Source: Bdellovibrionales bacterium (GTDB taxonomy: Bacteria > Bdellovibrionota > Bdellovibrionia > Bdellovibrionales > JAGQZY01). Taken from it: a DNA stretch of 64,000 bases. Both the position numbers and the translations under genes were made by a program. Location: NCBI GenBank assembly GCA_964230645.1, contig CAXRHT010000002.1, positions 160,001 to 224,000 of the forward strand, written 5' to 3'. Position 1 is the first letter of the stretch; the number at the start of each line of letters is the position of its first letter. Below, one piece after another: positions 20,309 to 30,750 of this stretch. The notes under the pieces were generated by a model that ran no database searches, was not told where the DNA came from, and saw only the letters and a list, made by a program, of their open reading frames with translations.

Positions 20309-21601
20309 ATGACAAGCACCACTATTCTGACTGTCTTACTTGTTTTCAGTTTCCTCATCGGTCGATTTCTTCGACGCTTTGAAACGCCCCACTTTGTCTT
20401 CTCAGGTGTGATTTATCTTATCATAGGTTTACTAGCCGGTTCTTATATGGGCCTTGGCTTACTTTCCGAACATCTGCTTTATCGCATGGACCCCCTCATT
20501 GATTTGCTCACAGGTTTTGCGGGTTTTCTTTTAGGGCTTCGAGTGAAGTTTCTTTTGCAAAACACTAAAACTTTTTCCAGTGGTGTGATCAACGGTCTTT
20601 TGGTTTTTGTAGCTATGTCCTTCACCCTTTACTTTCTCTCACCCTTGGCTGTGCAGTTTGAAAACATCGGCCTTGATATTGGTGATATGAATTTTTTCTC
20701 AGAAGAGCAGGCCGATCGCTTCTGGCTTTTTGGTTTTATCCAAGAGATCAATCGTCGTCAGTTTTGGTTCGCTCTGGGAGCCAGTGCCACCGCATGCTCA
20801 GCTTCACTTCTATCTTTAGGGATGATCTCTAAATTTAATAAATCACGCTCTGAAATCACTCGTGTGTTAAGTATTCTTGCACCCACCGGACAGGTCATTG
20901 CAGTCACTCTTCTAGGAATTGTTCTCGCTATGGCCAGTGGTGACACCACTGCCACCTCACTTCATATTTCAGTCACCGAATGGCTTCTTGCAACGATCAC
21001 CTCAGGGCTTTTGTGTGGAATCCTTTTCTCCCTTTTTATCGGCAAACAGTCTGATGAAAAGCGTATTATGCTCGCCGCCCTCGGCGCGATTATTTTTGCC
21101 GCAGGTCTTGGAACCCTATTAAGTGTTTCCTCAATGTTTGTTTGCTTTCTAACGGGCCTTACAATCAGTTTATTTTCCACCTATTCCGATGTGTTAAAGG
21201 AGAACCTGGTAAGAATCGAGGAGCCCATTTTCGTCCTTCTGCTTATTTTTGGAGGAGCCACTTGGCAGCCTGAAATCAACCGCTCTTGGCTTCTGCCAGC
21301 GGCTTATTTCGTTGTGCGCGCTATATTTCTTTCTGGACTTACCCATAGAATCCACCGCGTGCTCGGGCGACGAAAACTCTCTCGTCTTGGACAGGGACTA
21401 CTCGGACAAGACTTGATTGCTGTGGCCATAGCTTTAAGCTTAACCAAAGAATTTCCAGAGCTCGCCCAATTGTTTTTGACCACTATTTTGGGAAGTATCT
21501 TTTTAAACGACGCTGTGGCCAACTCACTGCTTAAAAAAGTAATATTGGATAATGAACAGGTCATAGAAGTAAAACCCATAGAAAAAGAAGGTGCATCGTG
21601 A
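20309..21601 (+). CDS. Cation:proton antiporter (CPA)-fold membrane protein, divergent
   Basis: About 12 TM helices with NhaP/KefB-like layout; first gene of the trk operon. Confidence 0.6.
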   Translation: MTSTTILTVLLVFSFLIGRFLRRFETPHFVFSGVIYLIIGLLAGSYMGLGLLSEHLLYRMDPLIDLLTGFAGFLLGLRVKFLLQNTKTFSSGVINGLLVFVAMSFTLYFLSPLAVQFENIGLDIGDMNFFSEEQADRFWLFGFIQEINRRQFWFALGASATACSASLLSLGMISKFNKSRSEITRVLSILAPTGQVIAVTLLGIVLAMASGDTTATSLHISVTEWLLATITSGLLCGILFSLFIGKQSDEKRIMLAALGAIIFAAGLGTLLSVSSMFVCFLTGLTISLFSTYSDVLKENLVRIEEPIFVLLLIFGGATWQPEINRSWLLPAAYFVVRAIFLSGLTHRIHRVLGRRKLSRLGQGLLGQDLIAVAIALSLTKEFPELAQLFLTTILGSIFLNDAVANSLLKKVILDNEQVIEVKPIEKEGAS

Positions 21602-22935
21602 AAATTGTGATTGTAGGAGCCGGCGATGTGGGAAGTTTCTTGGCCAAAGAGCTCTCCCAACGCTCTGAGGACGTAATTATCGTCGACACCAATGAACGCG
21701 CTCTGGAGAGAGTCGAAGAAAAAACAGATGTCATGACCTTTCGAGGCAATGGAACCTTTCGTAAAACTCTTAACGAAGTCGGCGTGGGTTCAGCGGATCT
21801 TGTCGTAGGTGTTACAAGCCACGATGACACCAATCTTGTTATCACCTCACTTGCCAATTCTCTAGGGGCAAAAAGAACGGTGGCTCGAGTCGACGCTCCA
21901 GAATTTTTTATGACCACAGGAGGAATCGAGAGGGGAGTGCTGGGTAGTTTTGCTATTGTGTGTGCCGCTCGTCTTGTGAGTGCCGAGCTTTTAAGACTTG
22001 TCAGGCAAACCGACCTTCCCTTTGTTGAGAACTTCTCATCAAATTCCATTTCCGTAGCCATGGTTGAAGTGACGGAAAACTGTCGTTACATAGAAAAATC
22101 AGGCTCTGATGTGGACCTTGGAAAAAGTGCTAAAGTCATTGGTGTGTTTCGTGACGGGGAGCTTCGGCGCTGTGCAGATCTTGCCCACCTTTATAATGGC
22201 GATAAAATTCTCTTTGCCTCAAAACTCGATAAACTACCCATTGCCATGAGACGCTTGGTGCAAATTCCCGGAAAAAAAGCGGTGATCATTGGCGGAGGGG
22301 ATGTGGGCTACCAATTGGCTAAATCCTTACAAGAGGTTGAAAACAGGCTCACCCTTATTGATGTGGATCGAAGGCGCTGTGAGTTCTTGGCTGATAAACT
22401 GGATCACGCCACCATCGTTCACGGCGATGGTACAAGCCTTCCCCTTCTTCAGGATGAGCACGTAGAAATGGCCGACTACACCTTGGCTGTAACTAAAGCC
22501 GATGAAGTGAATTTGATGTCCTCGTTGGTGAGCCAGGAGATCGGAGTGAAAAACTCCTACACCCTTGTGCATAGGCCGGGATACGCCCATGTGTACGAAC
22601 ATTTAGGGGTTAAGGGAACGGCCAGTGCGCACGAGTTGATCTCAAAAGCCGTAAACAAATACTTTCCCAATCAAACTTTGCTCACCGATGCGCCCATTCC
22701 AGACACTGAGTATTTAGTTGGAGAGTTTCAGTTGCCCCAGGAAATCAAAAATTCGACTCTTAAAATAAGAGATCTCTCCATTCCACCAGGGTGTTACTTG
22801 GTGGGGATTTCTCGCAAAGAGGAATTTGCTTTTAGCGACGGGGACTCTGAAATTTATCCCGGTGACATTGTCATCATTGTGTTGAAAAGAAGTGAACTCA
22901 AGGGACTTGAGAATATGTTCCGTAAACTAAAGTAG
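21598..22935 (+). CDS. trkA: Trk system K+ uptake regulator TrkA
   Basis: Two RCK domains, GAGDVG and GGGDVG. Confidence 0.92.
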   Translation: MKIVIVGAGDVGSFLAKELSQRSEDVIIVDTNERALERVEEKTDVMTFRGNGTFRKTLNEVGVGSADLVVGVTSHDDTNLVITSLANSLGAKRTVARVDAPEFFMTTGGIERGVLGSFAIVCAARLVSAELLRLVRQTDLPFVENFSSNSISVAMVEVTENCRYIEKSGSDVDLGKSAKVIGVFRDGELRRCADLAHLYNGDKILFASKLDKLPIAMRRLVQIPGKKAVIIGGGDVGYQLAKSLQEVENRLTLIDVDRRRCEFLADKLDHATIVHGDGTSLPLLQDEHVEMADYTLAVTKADEVNLMSSLVSQEIGVKNSYTLVHRPGYAHVYEHLGVKGTASAHELISKAVNKYFPNQTLLTDAPIPDTEYLVGEFQLPQEIKNSTLKIRDLSIPPGCYLVGISRKEEFAFSDGDSEIYPGDIVIIVLKRSELKGLENMFRKLK

Positions 22936-22941
22936 GTCTTA

Positions 22942-24402
22942 TTGCATAAAACGATCGTCGCCTACTATGTGGGGCAGCTTTTTATTGTACTTGCCTTTTT
23001 TATGATGGCACCCCTGGCTTTGGCCTATGTGGATAGCTCTCAAAAATCGCTACTGGCCTATTCTATCTCCAGCGGCCTTTCGATGGGCATTGGACTTTTT
23101 CTTCGATACGCCTGTCATCGCATGAAAGTAGACATTCGCATGGTCTCTCGCAAAGAAGCTTTTGGAATTGTGGCCATTGGATGGGTGGGCTCCGGTTTTA
23201 TCGCGGGCCTTCCTTTCTATCTAGAAGGAAGTATTCTTTCGATCAGCTCCTCAACCTTTGAGGCCATTTCGGGTTTAACCACTACAGGTGCGACTGTAAT
23301 CAGTGAGATAAACACTCTCTCTCGAGCCACTCATTTGTGGCGCGTTCTTTTGCATTGGATTGGCGGCATGGGGATTGTCGTTTTATTTGTGGCGATCTTT
23401 CCCCAGTTAGGACTTGGAGGAAAGCATCTTTTTAAAACAGAGGTAGCCGGACCCATTACCGAAGGTTTAAAACCTCGCATTAAACAAACCGCTTTGAGAC
23501 TTTGGTATGTTTATATGCTCTTCACTGCCACCTGTACGGGTCTTTTGTTTTTATCAGGCTTAAGCCTTTTTGATGCGATCTGCCACGCTTTCTCAACCCT
23601 GTCGACAGGAGGATTTTCTACTAAGGCTGCAAGCCTTGGAGCTTTTGATAATCCATTTGCGGAATGGGTAGTGATCTTCTTTATGCTCGCTGGAGGGATC
23701 AACTTTGGCCTGTACTACGGCCTTTTTCGTGGCCAGTTTAATAGACTTTTTACAAGTGCTGAGGTTCGATTTTTTGTGGCTCTTAATCTCGTCGTCGCGG
23801 TCATTATCTTTTTTGCGACCACTAGTCTTAACAGTGGCAACTGGCACGAAGAATTTCGAGACGCCCTTTTCCAAACTGTCGCTGTGACAACCACCACAGG
23901 GCTTATGACGGCTGACTTTGATATCTATCCCTTAGTGAGCAAATACCTTCTCTTTATATGTATGTTCATTGGCGGCTGTGCGGGCTCAACGGCGGGCGGG
24001 CTTAAAGTTTCAAGGGTTCTCATTGTGTTTAAACGCTGTATCCAGGAGTTAAGACTCACTCTGCATCCCCAAGAGGTCGTTAGCACCAAGCTTGGCAAGC
24101 AAACCGTTTCAAGACGAGTTCTCTCCTCTGTTTTTATTTTCTTTTGTTCTTATTTTCTTCTCTACGCCTTTGGAGTTTTTCTCATGTTCGTTCTCGGTAT
24201 GGACTGGGTGGGGGCTGCCTCCAGTGTGGTGGCATGTCTTTCCAGTGTGGGTCCAGGTTTTGGCTCAGTGGGTCCGACTCAGAATTATGAGTTCATCCAT
24301 CCTCTTGGAAAGTTTATCCTGTGTTTTTATATGATCGCCGGACGTTTGGAGATCTTTGTTTTACTGACTCTGTTCACCCCCTCGTTCTGGAGAAAAGGAT
24401 AG
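22942..24402 (+). CDS. trkH: Trk system K+ channel TrkH
   Basis: SGLTTTGAT, GGMGIVV, STGGFS, GGCAGSTAGGLK, GRLE. Confidence 0.94.
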   Translation: MHKTIVAYYVGQLFIVLAFFMMAPLALAYVDSSQKSLLAYSISSGLSMGIGLFLRYACHRMKVDIRMVSRKEAFGIVAIGWVGSGFIAGLPFYLEGSILSISSSTFEAISGLTTTGATVISEINTLSRATHLWRVLLHWIGGMGIVVLFVAIFPQLGLGGKHLFKTEVAGPITEGLKPRIKQTALRLWYVYMLFTATCTGLLFLSGLSLFDAICHAFSTLSTGGFSTKAASLGAFDNPFAEWVVIFFMLAGGINFGLYYGLFRGQFNRLFTSAEVRFFVALNLVVAVIIFFATTSLNSGNWHEEFRDALFQTVAVTTTTGLMTADFDIYPLVSKYLLFICMFIGGCAGSTAGGLKVSRVLIVFKRCIQELRLTLHPQEVVSTKLGKQTVSRRVLSSVFIFFCSYFLLYAFGVFLMFVLGMDWVGAASSVVACLSSVGPGFGSVGPTQNYEFIHPLGKFILCFYMIAGRLEIFVLLTLFTPSFWRKG

Positions 24403-27400
24403 ATGAGAAAGATATTTATACTCTTTATTCTCTTTTCAATCTGCATTGCCCTAAAGCAATTTGGGATTCTGAGTGATTCGCATAGCTCCGTTCTCCTAGC
24501 CATTGGCTTAGTGATTCTCTCAGCTTACACTCTTTCCGAGGTAGGCTCTTCTTTAAAACTGCCTCGTGTGACCGGTTATATTTTAACGGGATTGCTGCTC
24601 GGGCCCTATGCTCTAAAAATTCTTTCAACCAATGTGGTCAAAGAAATTGAGATGTTCAATACTCTTGCTATTGGACTTATTGCGATCACAGCAGGTCTTG
24701 AGCTTCACTTTAGTTCCCTTAAAAAAGTCATAGCCCCGATACTATCGACCACGGCCCTTAAGGTGATCCTTCTGGGCGTTACTTTTGTTGGCGGCACCTA
24801 TATTGCGAATCAATATGTCTATGATTTCAACCTTGGAATGGGGCTTCCCCTTATTTCTCTGGCTCTCATATTCGCGGCTCTTTCTGTAGGAACTTCTCCC
24901 GCAATTTCCATCGCTGTCATCTCAGAAATGAAGGCCAAGAGTCGTATGAGCCAAATGGTCATCGGTTCAGCCATCGTAAAAGATGTTGTGATGGTCATCA
25001 CTCTTGCTGTCGCTCTTTCCTTTGCCAAATCGGTTGCAAGTGGTGGTGGCGATATGGCCGGAAGCTTTATCCATCTTATGGAAGAGTTGGGACTGTCACT
25101 GGTAGCAGGGGTCATTTTAGGGACGATATTTCTTCTCTATATCCGCTTTATTAGACAAGAAATGTTTTTATTTATCGCTGCCATGATCCTGGGAACCGCC
25201 GAGATCAGTGAAGCTATTCATCTTGAATTACTGTTAGTTTTTATTGTGGCTGGTATTTTAGTCCGAAACTTTTCAAAAGACTCCCACTTTCTCCATGAAT
25301 CTTTAGAGAAGGTATCATTACCAGTCTTTGTGGTCTTTTTCACCAACGTTGGTGCAGGCCTTAATTTAGAAACAACCTGGCAATTTCTCCCAGTAGCAGG
25401 CATTTATTTTGGTGCAAGAGCCATCTCCTTTCTTCTAGGCTCGTGGACGGCTGGTAGTTTACACGGGGAGAGCTCAGGGATTAAGAAAAAAATCTGGCTC
25501 GGCTATCTACCACAAGCCGGAGTCACACTGGGACTCATCCAAATTGCAAGCCGAGACTTCCCTGAACAGGGCGAGCTTATCACCAATATCGGAATTGGGT
25601 TAGTCACAATAAATCTTCTCATTGGACCTATTTTTCTCCGAATGGTTTTAAAAGGGGAAGAACCCAAACAAGAAGAGTCTCCAGAGGAGGACAGTATGTC
25701 CGTAGAGCCAACCAAAGAGGTGAATGAAGACAATGTCGAGTCTGAAGCACCGAAAGCTTATGAAGAAGAGTTTCAACTAATGCTTCACTCGAAAACAGAA
25801 GTTTTCGAAGATGAATTTTTGGAAAAACATTTTCATGAGTTGGCGGGCAAATACTTTGAGATTTTTCGTAAACATCAAATTCTCCCACAAAAAAACATTC
25901 TAAAAACTTTTGTGAATGACCTGGATCAGATGAGTAACCTCAGTGAGAGGGAAATTGTCGCAAAAATTGACGATCATTTCCGTCGTATGGGAGCTAAGGG
26001 ACGAGATATCTACAATGCCATGAGCGAGTTGCAAAAAGAAATCGACTCGGTTCTGGTCTTAAAAAGTCGACCCATGCCTAAATCAGCCATCTATATACAA
26101 AAAGGCGATGGTTATTGGGTACGACTAAAAAAGATTTTTTCCCGTCCTCTTTATTGGTTCAACAAGAATCCCGAAAGAGATATTCCGCTAAGAAAACTGA
26201 CAAAATACAATCTTGAGCCACTGATTGGCTCCTTCACGGTGCAATTGATCAATTCCTGGTATCACCTTCTTGGAAAACATATCGAGATTTTTCAGCGCTC
26301 CCTTGAAACTCAAAACTTTGAAAATCATGAGATCGTAGCTAAAATTAAAAAAGAAAACGAGTTTTGGTTGAGAGCCATTCAATCCGACTTCAATAAGGAG
26401 TTTGGAAGACAAGCGACAAGCTGGGCCTCTCAGCTCGCCAAAGTGAACACCGCCTATATGTCTGACGGGCAGATCCGCTACTCACAAGTAGAGCCAAAAA
26501 TTACCGAAATGTTCGATCAGGCTAAAAACGACTCGCTAGCTTGGGAAGAAAAATTTGTTTACTGCCGAAATCGACTCAAAGTGATCGTACAATCAGCACT
26601 CCTTTCTCAAGCAGTTGAAAAACTCCTTGAAGAAAAGTTTTTCCAACCAGTGGAGGTGGCTCAAGACAACGCCGACACTCTTGTTTCAGAAGTTTTTGAC
26701 TACTTTAAAACCATTGAGAAAAAGATCAATGAAACCGAACAAGGAGACGAAGAGGCTTTTAAAAAGCTTTTGGATGAGACTCAAGCCTTTGCAAAAGAAA
26801 ATATCCAAGCCGATTTAAAATCAAAATACGTTAGAGGAAGCTTTCGTCTTCTCAATCGCGATATCTCTATTAATTTAAAGAAAAGTCTTCCCAAAGAAGA
26901 AGGGACTTTCCAAATTGCCTCCGAGAACACTTCACCGCATCAAGTGCAGAGCCCCTCTGAGATTGTGGTTAAAAAAATCAACCTGCATGAACTCTTTGAG
27001 CAAAGTATTTTAATAAACTTTCTTCCAGTCATTGAAGAGCGTATAGAAGGAGTGTCTAATTATCTTGAATCTCTTTTAATGGAAATGGAGCAGGCTTTTT
27101 CGATCATCACTTATAGTCTAGAGTCTCAGATCGGGGGAGAGGATTCCGAAGTCGACCCTGATGAGATGACTGAAAGTTTGCAGTCCTCTATTAGTGCCGA
27201 AAAAGAAAAGATTCAGGAGCTTTACGACGGCCTAATCGAATACATTCGCTCTTCGAATGAGTCGACAGAGAAACTCCTAGAAGAGTGCCAAATGGAAGTT
27301 CGCCAAGGAATCGAACGCTTTTCAGTGGTGCACACGGCTAAAAATCAGTTTCGCCAGAGAATTCAGTCCACTGTACAGAGCATTCGGGATCGTAAAGAAG

Positions 27401-28629
27401 TGGTCGATGGGGTTATTACGCGCTACTACCGTAAATTGAAAAAACTCGCTCTTCAGAAAAGCGAAAGGGATATCGATCGCACCTTGAAGAAGAAATTGGC
27501 CTCCCACACTCTTGATACGGCTACCGTGCGAGAGTTTATTAAACAGACCTATGATTTCAATCATCAGATTCAAGACCTTCCGAGGCTCTATTATAGGCTT
27601 TTCAGCCTTGATCCCATCCAAGATCGCCGCTTTTTTGTGGCCTATAAAAAGCGTGAAAAACATTTCAAAAATTTCGCTGGCAAAGAATCAAAAAGTGAAA
27701 GCCAAAAGATTCTAATCATCGGTGACCGAGGTATGGGTAAATCCTCGATGATCAATGTGGCTCAGATGGACATTGAAACGGAAAGACTGATTCGTATAGA
27801 AGGGGACGATTATCGCGGACCTTTGGCTGTGTTATCGCGAGCTATCAATGCGAAAAACTCTGCCACTTCCATTCTCTCAACTCTTAGAAAAACCCCGGCC
27901 ACGGTTATTATCGACAACGCTGACCAAATGCTCAATAGACACAACCTGAGTCAGTTTGAAGGGCTTTTTGAGGTGATTAGTAAGTCGCCTCAGAACACCC
28001 ACTGGATTCTTTCTATTACCAAGTTTAACTTAGAGTCTCTCGACCGGGCTTTTAAGATTCGTAGCCTTTTTAGTAAGATTATTGATCTTCATGAGATTAA
28101 TTTAGAAACGGCGAAAGAAGTTATTTTGACAAGACATCGTCTCAGTGGACTTGAAGTGGAATTCCCGAAAACTTTTGTGAGTGAATTTGCGCAGAGAGCG
28201 GGCCTGTCCACGGAGGATGAAATGTTTTTTCGTGTTTTATTTGAGCGCTCCCATGGTCATCTACGTCATTTGATTTATTTGTGGCTTAGAAGCCTTGAGA
28301 GCTCTGATGGGAAAACGATTCACTTGTCTATGAGTAAGTCTGTGGATCGAGGATTGCCAATGCTGCATGAATTCTCATTTCTACAAAAGCATATCCTCGC
28401 CCAGCTTTACTGCACCCATAGTGCCAGTGTACAGAAAATCAGTCACACCCTTGGTGTCTCCTATTCCGTTATCGATAACGAAACTCAGTATTTGGAGCAT
28501 TGCCACTTGATTCAGTCAAAAGGCATTGATCGCAGTGTGTTTGAAATCCCTAACCCCTTGGTTTTACCTGTGGGCGCTGAACTGAAAAAGGAGGGCATTC
28601 TCAATGCAGGATTCTACAACTTCCGCTAA
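24403..28629 (+). CDS. CPA2-type antiporter fused to a helical region, P-loop NTPase and C-terminal wHTH-like region
   Basis: N-terminal ~415 aa LPRVTGY, TSPA, KDV, PQAGV; Walker A GDRGMGKS at 27721; Walker B-like VIIDNAD. Confidence 0.8.
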   Translation: MRKIFILFILFSICIALKQFGILSDSHSSVLLAIGLVILSAYTLSEVGSSLKLPRVTGYILTGLLLGPYALKILSTNVVKEIEMFNTLAIGLIAITAGLELHFSSLKKVIAPILSTTALKVILLGVTFVGGTYIANQYVYDFNLGMGLPLISLALIFAALSVGTSPAISIAVISEMKAKSRMSQMVIGSAIVKDVVMVITLAVALSFAKSVASGGGDMAGSFIHLMEELGLSLVAGVILGTIFLLYIRFIRQEMFLFIAAMILGTAEISEAIHLELLLVFIVAGILVRNFSKDSHFLHESLEKVSLPVFVVFFTNVGAGLNLETTWQFLPVAGIYFGARAISFLLGSWTAGSLHGESSGIKKKIWLGYLPQAGVTLGLIQIASRDFPEQGELITNIGIGLVTINLLIGPIFLRMVLKGEEPKQEESPEEDSMSVEPTKEVNEDNVESEAPKAYEEEFQLMLHSKTEVFEDEFLEKHFHELAGKYFEIFRKHQILPQKNILKTFVNDLDQMSNLSEREIVAKIDDHFRRMGAKGRDIYNAMSELQKEIDSVLVLKSRPMPKSAIYIQKGDGYWVRLKKIFSRPLYWFNKNPERDIPLRKLTKYNLEPLIGSFTVQLINSWYHLLGKHIEIFQRSLETQNFENHEIVAKIKKENEFWLRAIQSDFNKEFGRQATSWASQLAKVNTAYMSDGQIRYSQVEPKITEMFDQAKNDSLAWEEKFVYCRNRLKVIVQSALLSQAVEKLLEEKFFQPVEVAQDNADTLVSEVFDYFKTIEKKINETEQGDEEAFKKLLDETQAFAKENIQADLKSKYVRGSFRLLNRDISINLKKSLPKEEGTFQIASENTSPHQVQSPSEIVVKKINLHELFEQSILINFLPVIEERIEGVSNYLESLLMEMEQAFSIITYSLESQIGGEDSEVDPDEMTESLQSSISAEKEKIQELYDGLIEYIRSSNESTEKLLEECQMEVRQGIERFSVVHTAKNQFRQRIQSTVQSIRDRKEVVDGVITRYYRKLKKLALQKSERDIDRTLKKKLASHTLDTATVREFIKQTYDFNHQIQDLPRLYYRLFSLDPIQDRRFFVAYKKREKHFKNFAGKESKSESQKILIIGDRGMGKSSMINVAQMDIETERLIRIEGDDYRGPLAVLSRAINAKNSATSILSTLRKTPATVIIDNADQMLNRHNLSQFEGLFEVISKSPQNTHWILSITKFNLESLDRAFKIRSLFSKIIDLHEINLETAKEVILTRHRLSGLEVEFPKTFVSEFAQRAGLSTEDEMFFRVLFERSHGHLRHLIYLWLRSLESSDGKTIHLSMSKSVDRGLPMLHEFSFLQKHILAQLYCTHSASVQKISHTLGVSYSVIDNETQYLEHCHLIQSKGIDRSVFEIPNPLVLPVGAELKKEGILNAGFYNFR

Positions 28630-29344
28630 TCAATTAGGAATGGAGTTCCCTGAACTGTCCATTCAGGTGGTCTCTTTTTTCCAAATCGGCTTTTTCGTGG
28701 TTATGGCCATTTTGGCCTACTATTTGAGTCGACGTTTCATGCAGATTCTTTCAAGCTCTGGAGTGATTGAAAAACGCTCTCTGACCTATCAAATTCTTAA
28801 CATCTCAACCTTTGCTTTTCCTGGAATTATCTTCCTCATTGGTCTGACCCGCGTTTCCCAAAACTCCCTTTTCGTTTCCCTTTTATTCTTTGTGATTTTT
28901 AGCATTATTTTCGGCTTTTCTTTGATTCAGCCGGCTAGAAACATCCTTGCCTCTCTTTTCATTACTCTAAGAGGGGAATTAAGAGTGGGCGATTACATTA
29001 GTCTTGCACAGGTGGAAGGAGAGGTTTTAGCGGTCGGCGCTTTTAACGTACAGATCCAATCAAAGACGGGATCTAAAACCTTTATTCCCAACTACCATAT
29101 TCTACAAAGCCCCTTTGAAATCCATGCGAAAAAAGGCGGGCCTTCAATAATGATAAATATTCCCTCAGACAAAATTTCTAAAAAAAATCTCGAGCGATTG
29201 GCTCATCTATGTCCTTTTAAAAGAAGAGGTTCGGATATTCGTATCTCAACTATTGATGGCAATCATAAGTTAACAATAGAAATCGTGAACAGACAGTGTC
29301 GCCCCTGGGTTAATAAATACTTTTCCAAACACTCACACAATTAA
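28604..29344 (+). CDS. Short MscS-family mechanosensitive channel protein
   Basis: 3 TMs, NILAS, LRVGDYI, EGEV, FIPN; reduced C-terminal domain. Confidence 0.75.
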   Translation: MQDSTTSANQLGMEFPELSIQVVSFFQIGFFVVMAILAYYLSRRFMQILSSSGVIEKRSLTYQILNISTFAFPGIIFLIGLTRVSQNSLFVSLLFFVIFSIIFGFSLIQPARNILASLFITLRGELRVGDYISLAQVEGEVLAVGAFNVQIQSKTGSKTFIPNYHILQSPFEIHAKKGGPSIMINIPSDKISKKNLERLAHLCPFKRRGSDIRISTIDGNHKLTIEIVNRQCRPWVNKYFSKHSHN

Positions 29345-29536
29345 AAGTGGTTCTCTCCGAACATTTTAAAATTGAGTCTTATTGTTTTAAAAAGTGTTCA
29401 TTTTTTTGACTACTTTTGATTTTTCCCAAAATAGTGTCAAAATTCTAGAATCTTAAATGTAGATAAATCATTAAAATTCGGGCCTTTTTTCGATTTTGGT
29501 CCTAGCATTAAGTATAGATTGATTGTGGAGGTCACT

Positions 29537-30700
29537 ATGCTTAAACAATACACGAAGACGACAGGAAAAGTTGGTTTTGCCCTGTTTTTCGCATTGTTTT
29601 TTACAGCTTGCTCGGACGGAATGCTCGAAGGACAAGAAGAGTCCAACTCAAATGCGACAGCACAGGATGCGAATATGCATCCCTATGATGTCAATAAACA
29701 CGCCCTTAATAAGGTAGTTTGTGATCCCATGGGTGGTGGCAGTAATGGTGGAAGTCAATCCGGTCTTAAAGCCGAGCTTTTTTATCTCGATAGTAGCCAA
29801 CCTGACTACAATCGAGTAGGGGACTATTTCCAGCACGGAACAAAGTCGACTCAAGAGCTCTTTTTTACAGATCTCTATGTCCCCACTCGAATGTTTGACA
29901 CGGGTTTTCCTTCTCAAACCGGTGAGATGATCAAAGACGATCAAAACAATGAGCTTATTGAATACTTTGCTCTTAAATTTCGATCAGTCCTTAAGCTTAA
30001 TCCCACTGATCTTGAAGGGGATTATGAGTTAGCTCTTTTGTCTGATGATGGAACCATTATGAGGTTTACTGATATCGATGGAGAGCAACAGGTTGTGGTT
30101 AATAATGATGGTGATCACCCCACCAAAATGGGCTGTGGTGAAGTCGTTCACTTTGATCACGACACGACAGTCGATGTGGAAATTGACTACTATCAAGGGC
30201 CAAGACATCATATCTCTTTAATCCCTCTATGGAGAAAAGTAGACGCTAATACAAGAGCCGAAAAGGAATGTGGCAAGCTTGGAAACCATCGCTTCTTTGA
30301 TCCCAATAATAACTCAAAAGAAAAGCAAACCTATCTTGATATGCTGTTAAGAGGATGGCAGCCTATTCATGCTTCAAACTGGCACCTGCCAATCCAAGAG
30401 ATTTATAACCCTTGTGTTGAGGGTACAAACCCTAGAATCAGTGACTTCAGTGTTCAAGATATTGGAGAAGGTGTGGCTATTGTCACTTGGACAACGGACA
30501 TTCCTGCCACCTCACAAGTTCTTGTGAAAAGAGCCGATGGCTCTGAGTTTGTGACGACCAGTGATAACGTGCTAAGAACCTCACATCGAGTGGTGATCGA
30601 TTCTGAAATTGATTTTGGTGAAACCTATATTTTCCAAGGGATATCAATCTCCGCGGACATGGGTAAAACTCTCAGTCGAGTCATTCAAGAGACATTCTAA
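29537..30700 (+). CDS. PA14-like plus FN3-like lipoprotein
   Basis: FTAC lipobox; ALLSDDG, NNDGDH, YYQGP; VTWTTDIPATSQV. Confidence 0.8.
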   Translation: MLKQYTKTTGKVGFALFFALFFTACSDGMLEGQEESNSNATAQDANMHPYDVNKHALNKVVCDPMGGGSNGGSQSGLKAELFYLDSSQPDYNRVGDYFQHGTKSTQELFFTDLYVPTRMFDTGFPSQTGEMIKDDQNNELIEYFALKFRSVLKLNPTDLEGDYELALLSDDGTIMRFTDIDGEQQVVVNNDGDHPTKMGCGEVVHFDHDTTVDVEIDYYQGPRHHISLIPLWRKVDANTRAEKECGKLGNHRFFDPNNNSKEKQTYLDMLLRGWQPIHASNWHLPIQEIYNPCVEGTNPRISDFSVQDIGEGVAIVTWTTDIPATSQVLVKRADGSEFVTTSDNVLRTSHRVVIDSEIDFGETYIFQGISISADMGKTLSRVIQETF

Positions 30701-30716
30701 CCTCTTAAACAAAATT

Positions 30717-30750
30717 CCTCGGGCTTTCCATTTATGAAATCCCGAGGTTT
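30717..30750. terminator. Hairpin between convergent genes
   Basis: CCTCGGG...CCCGAGG. Confidence 0.55.
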
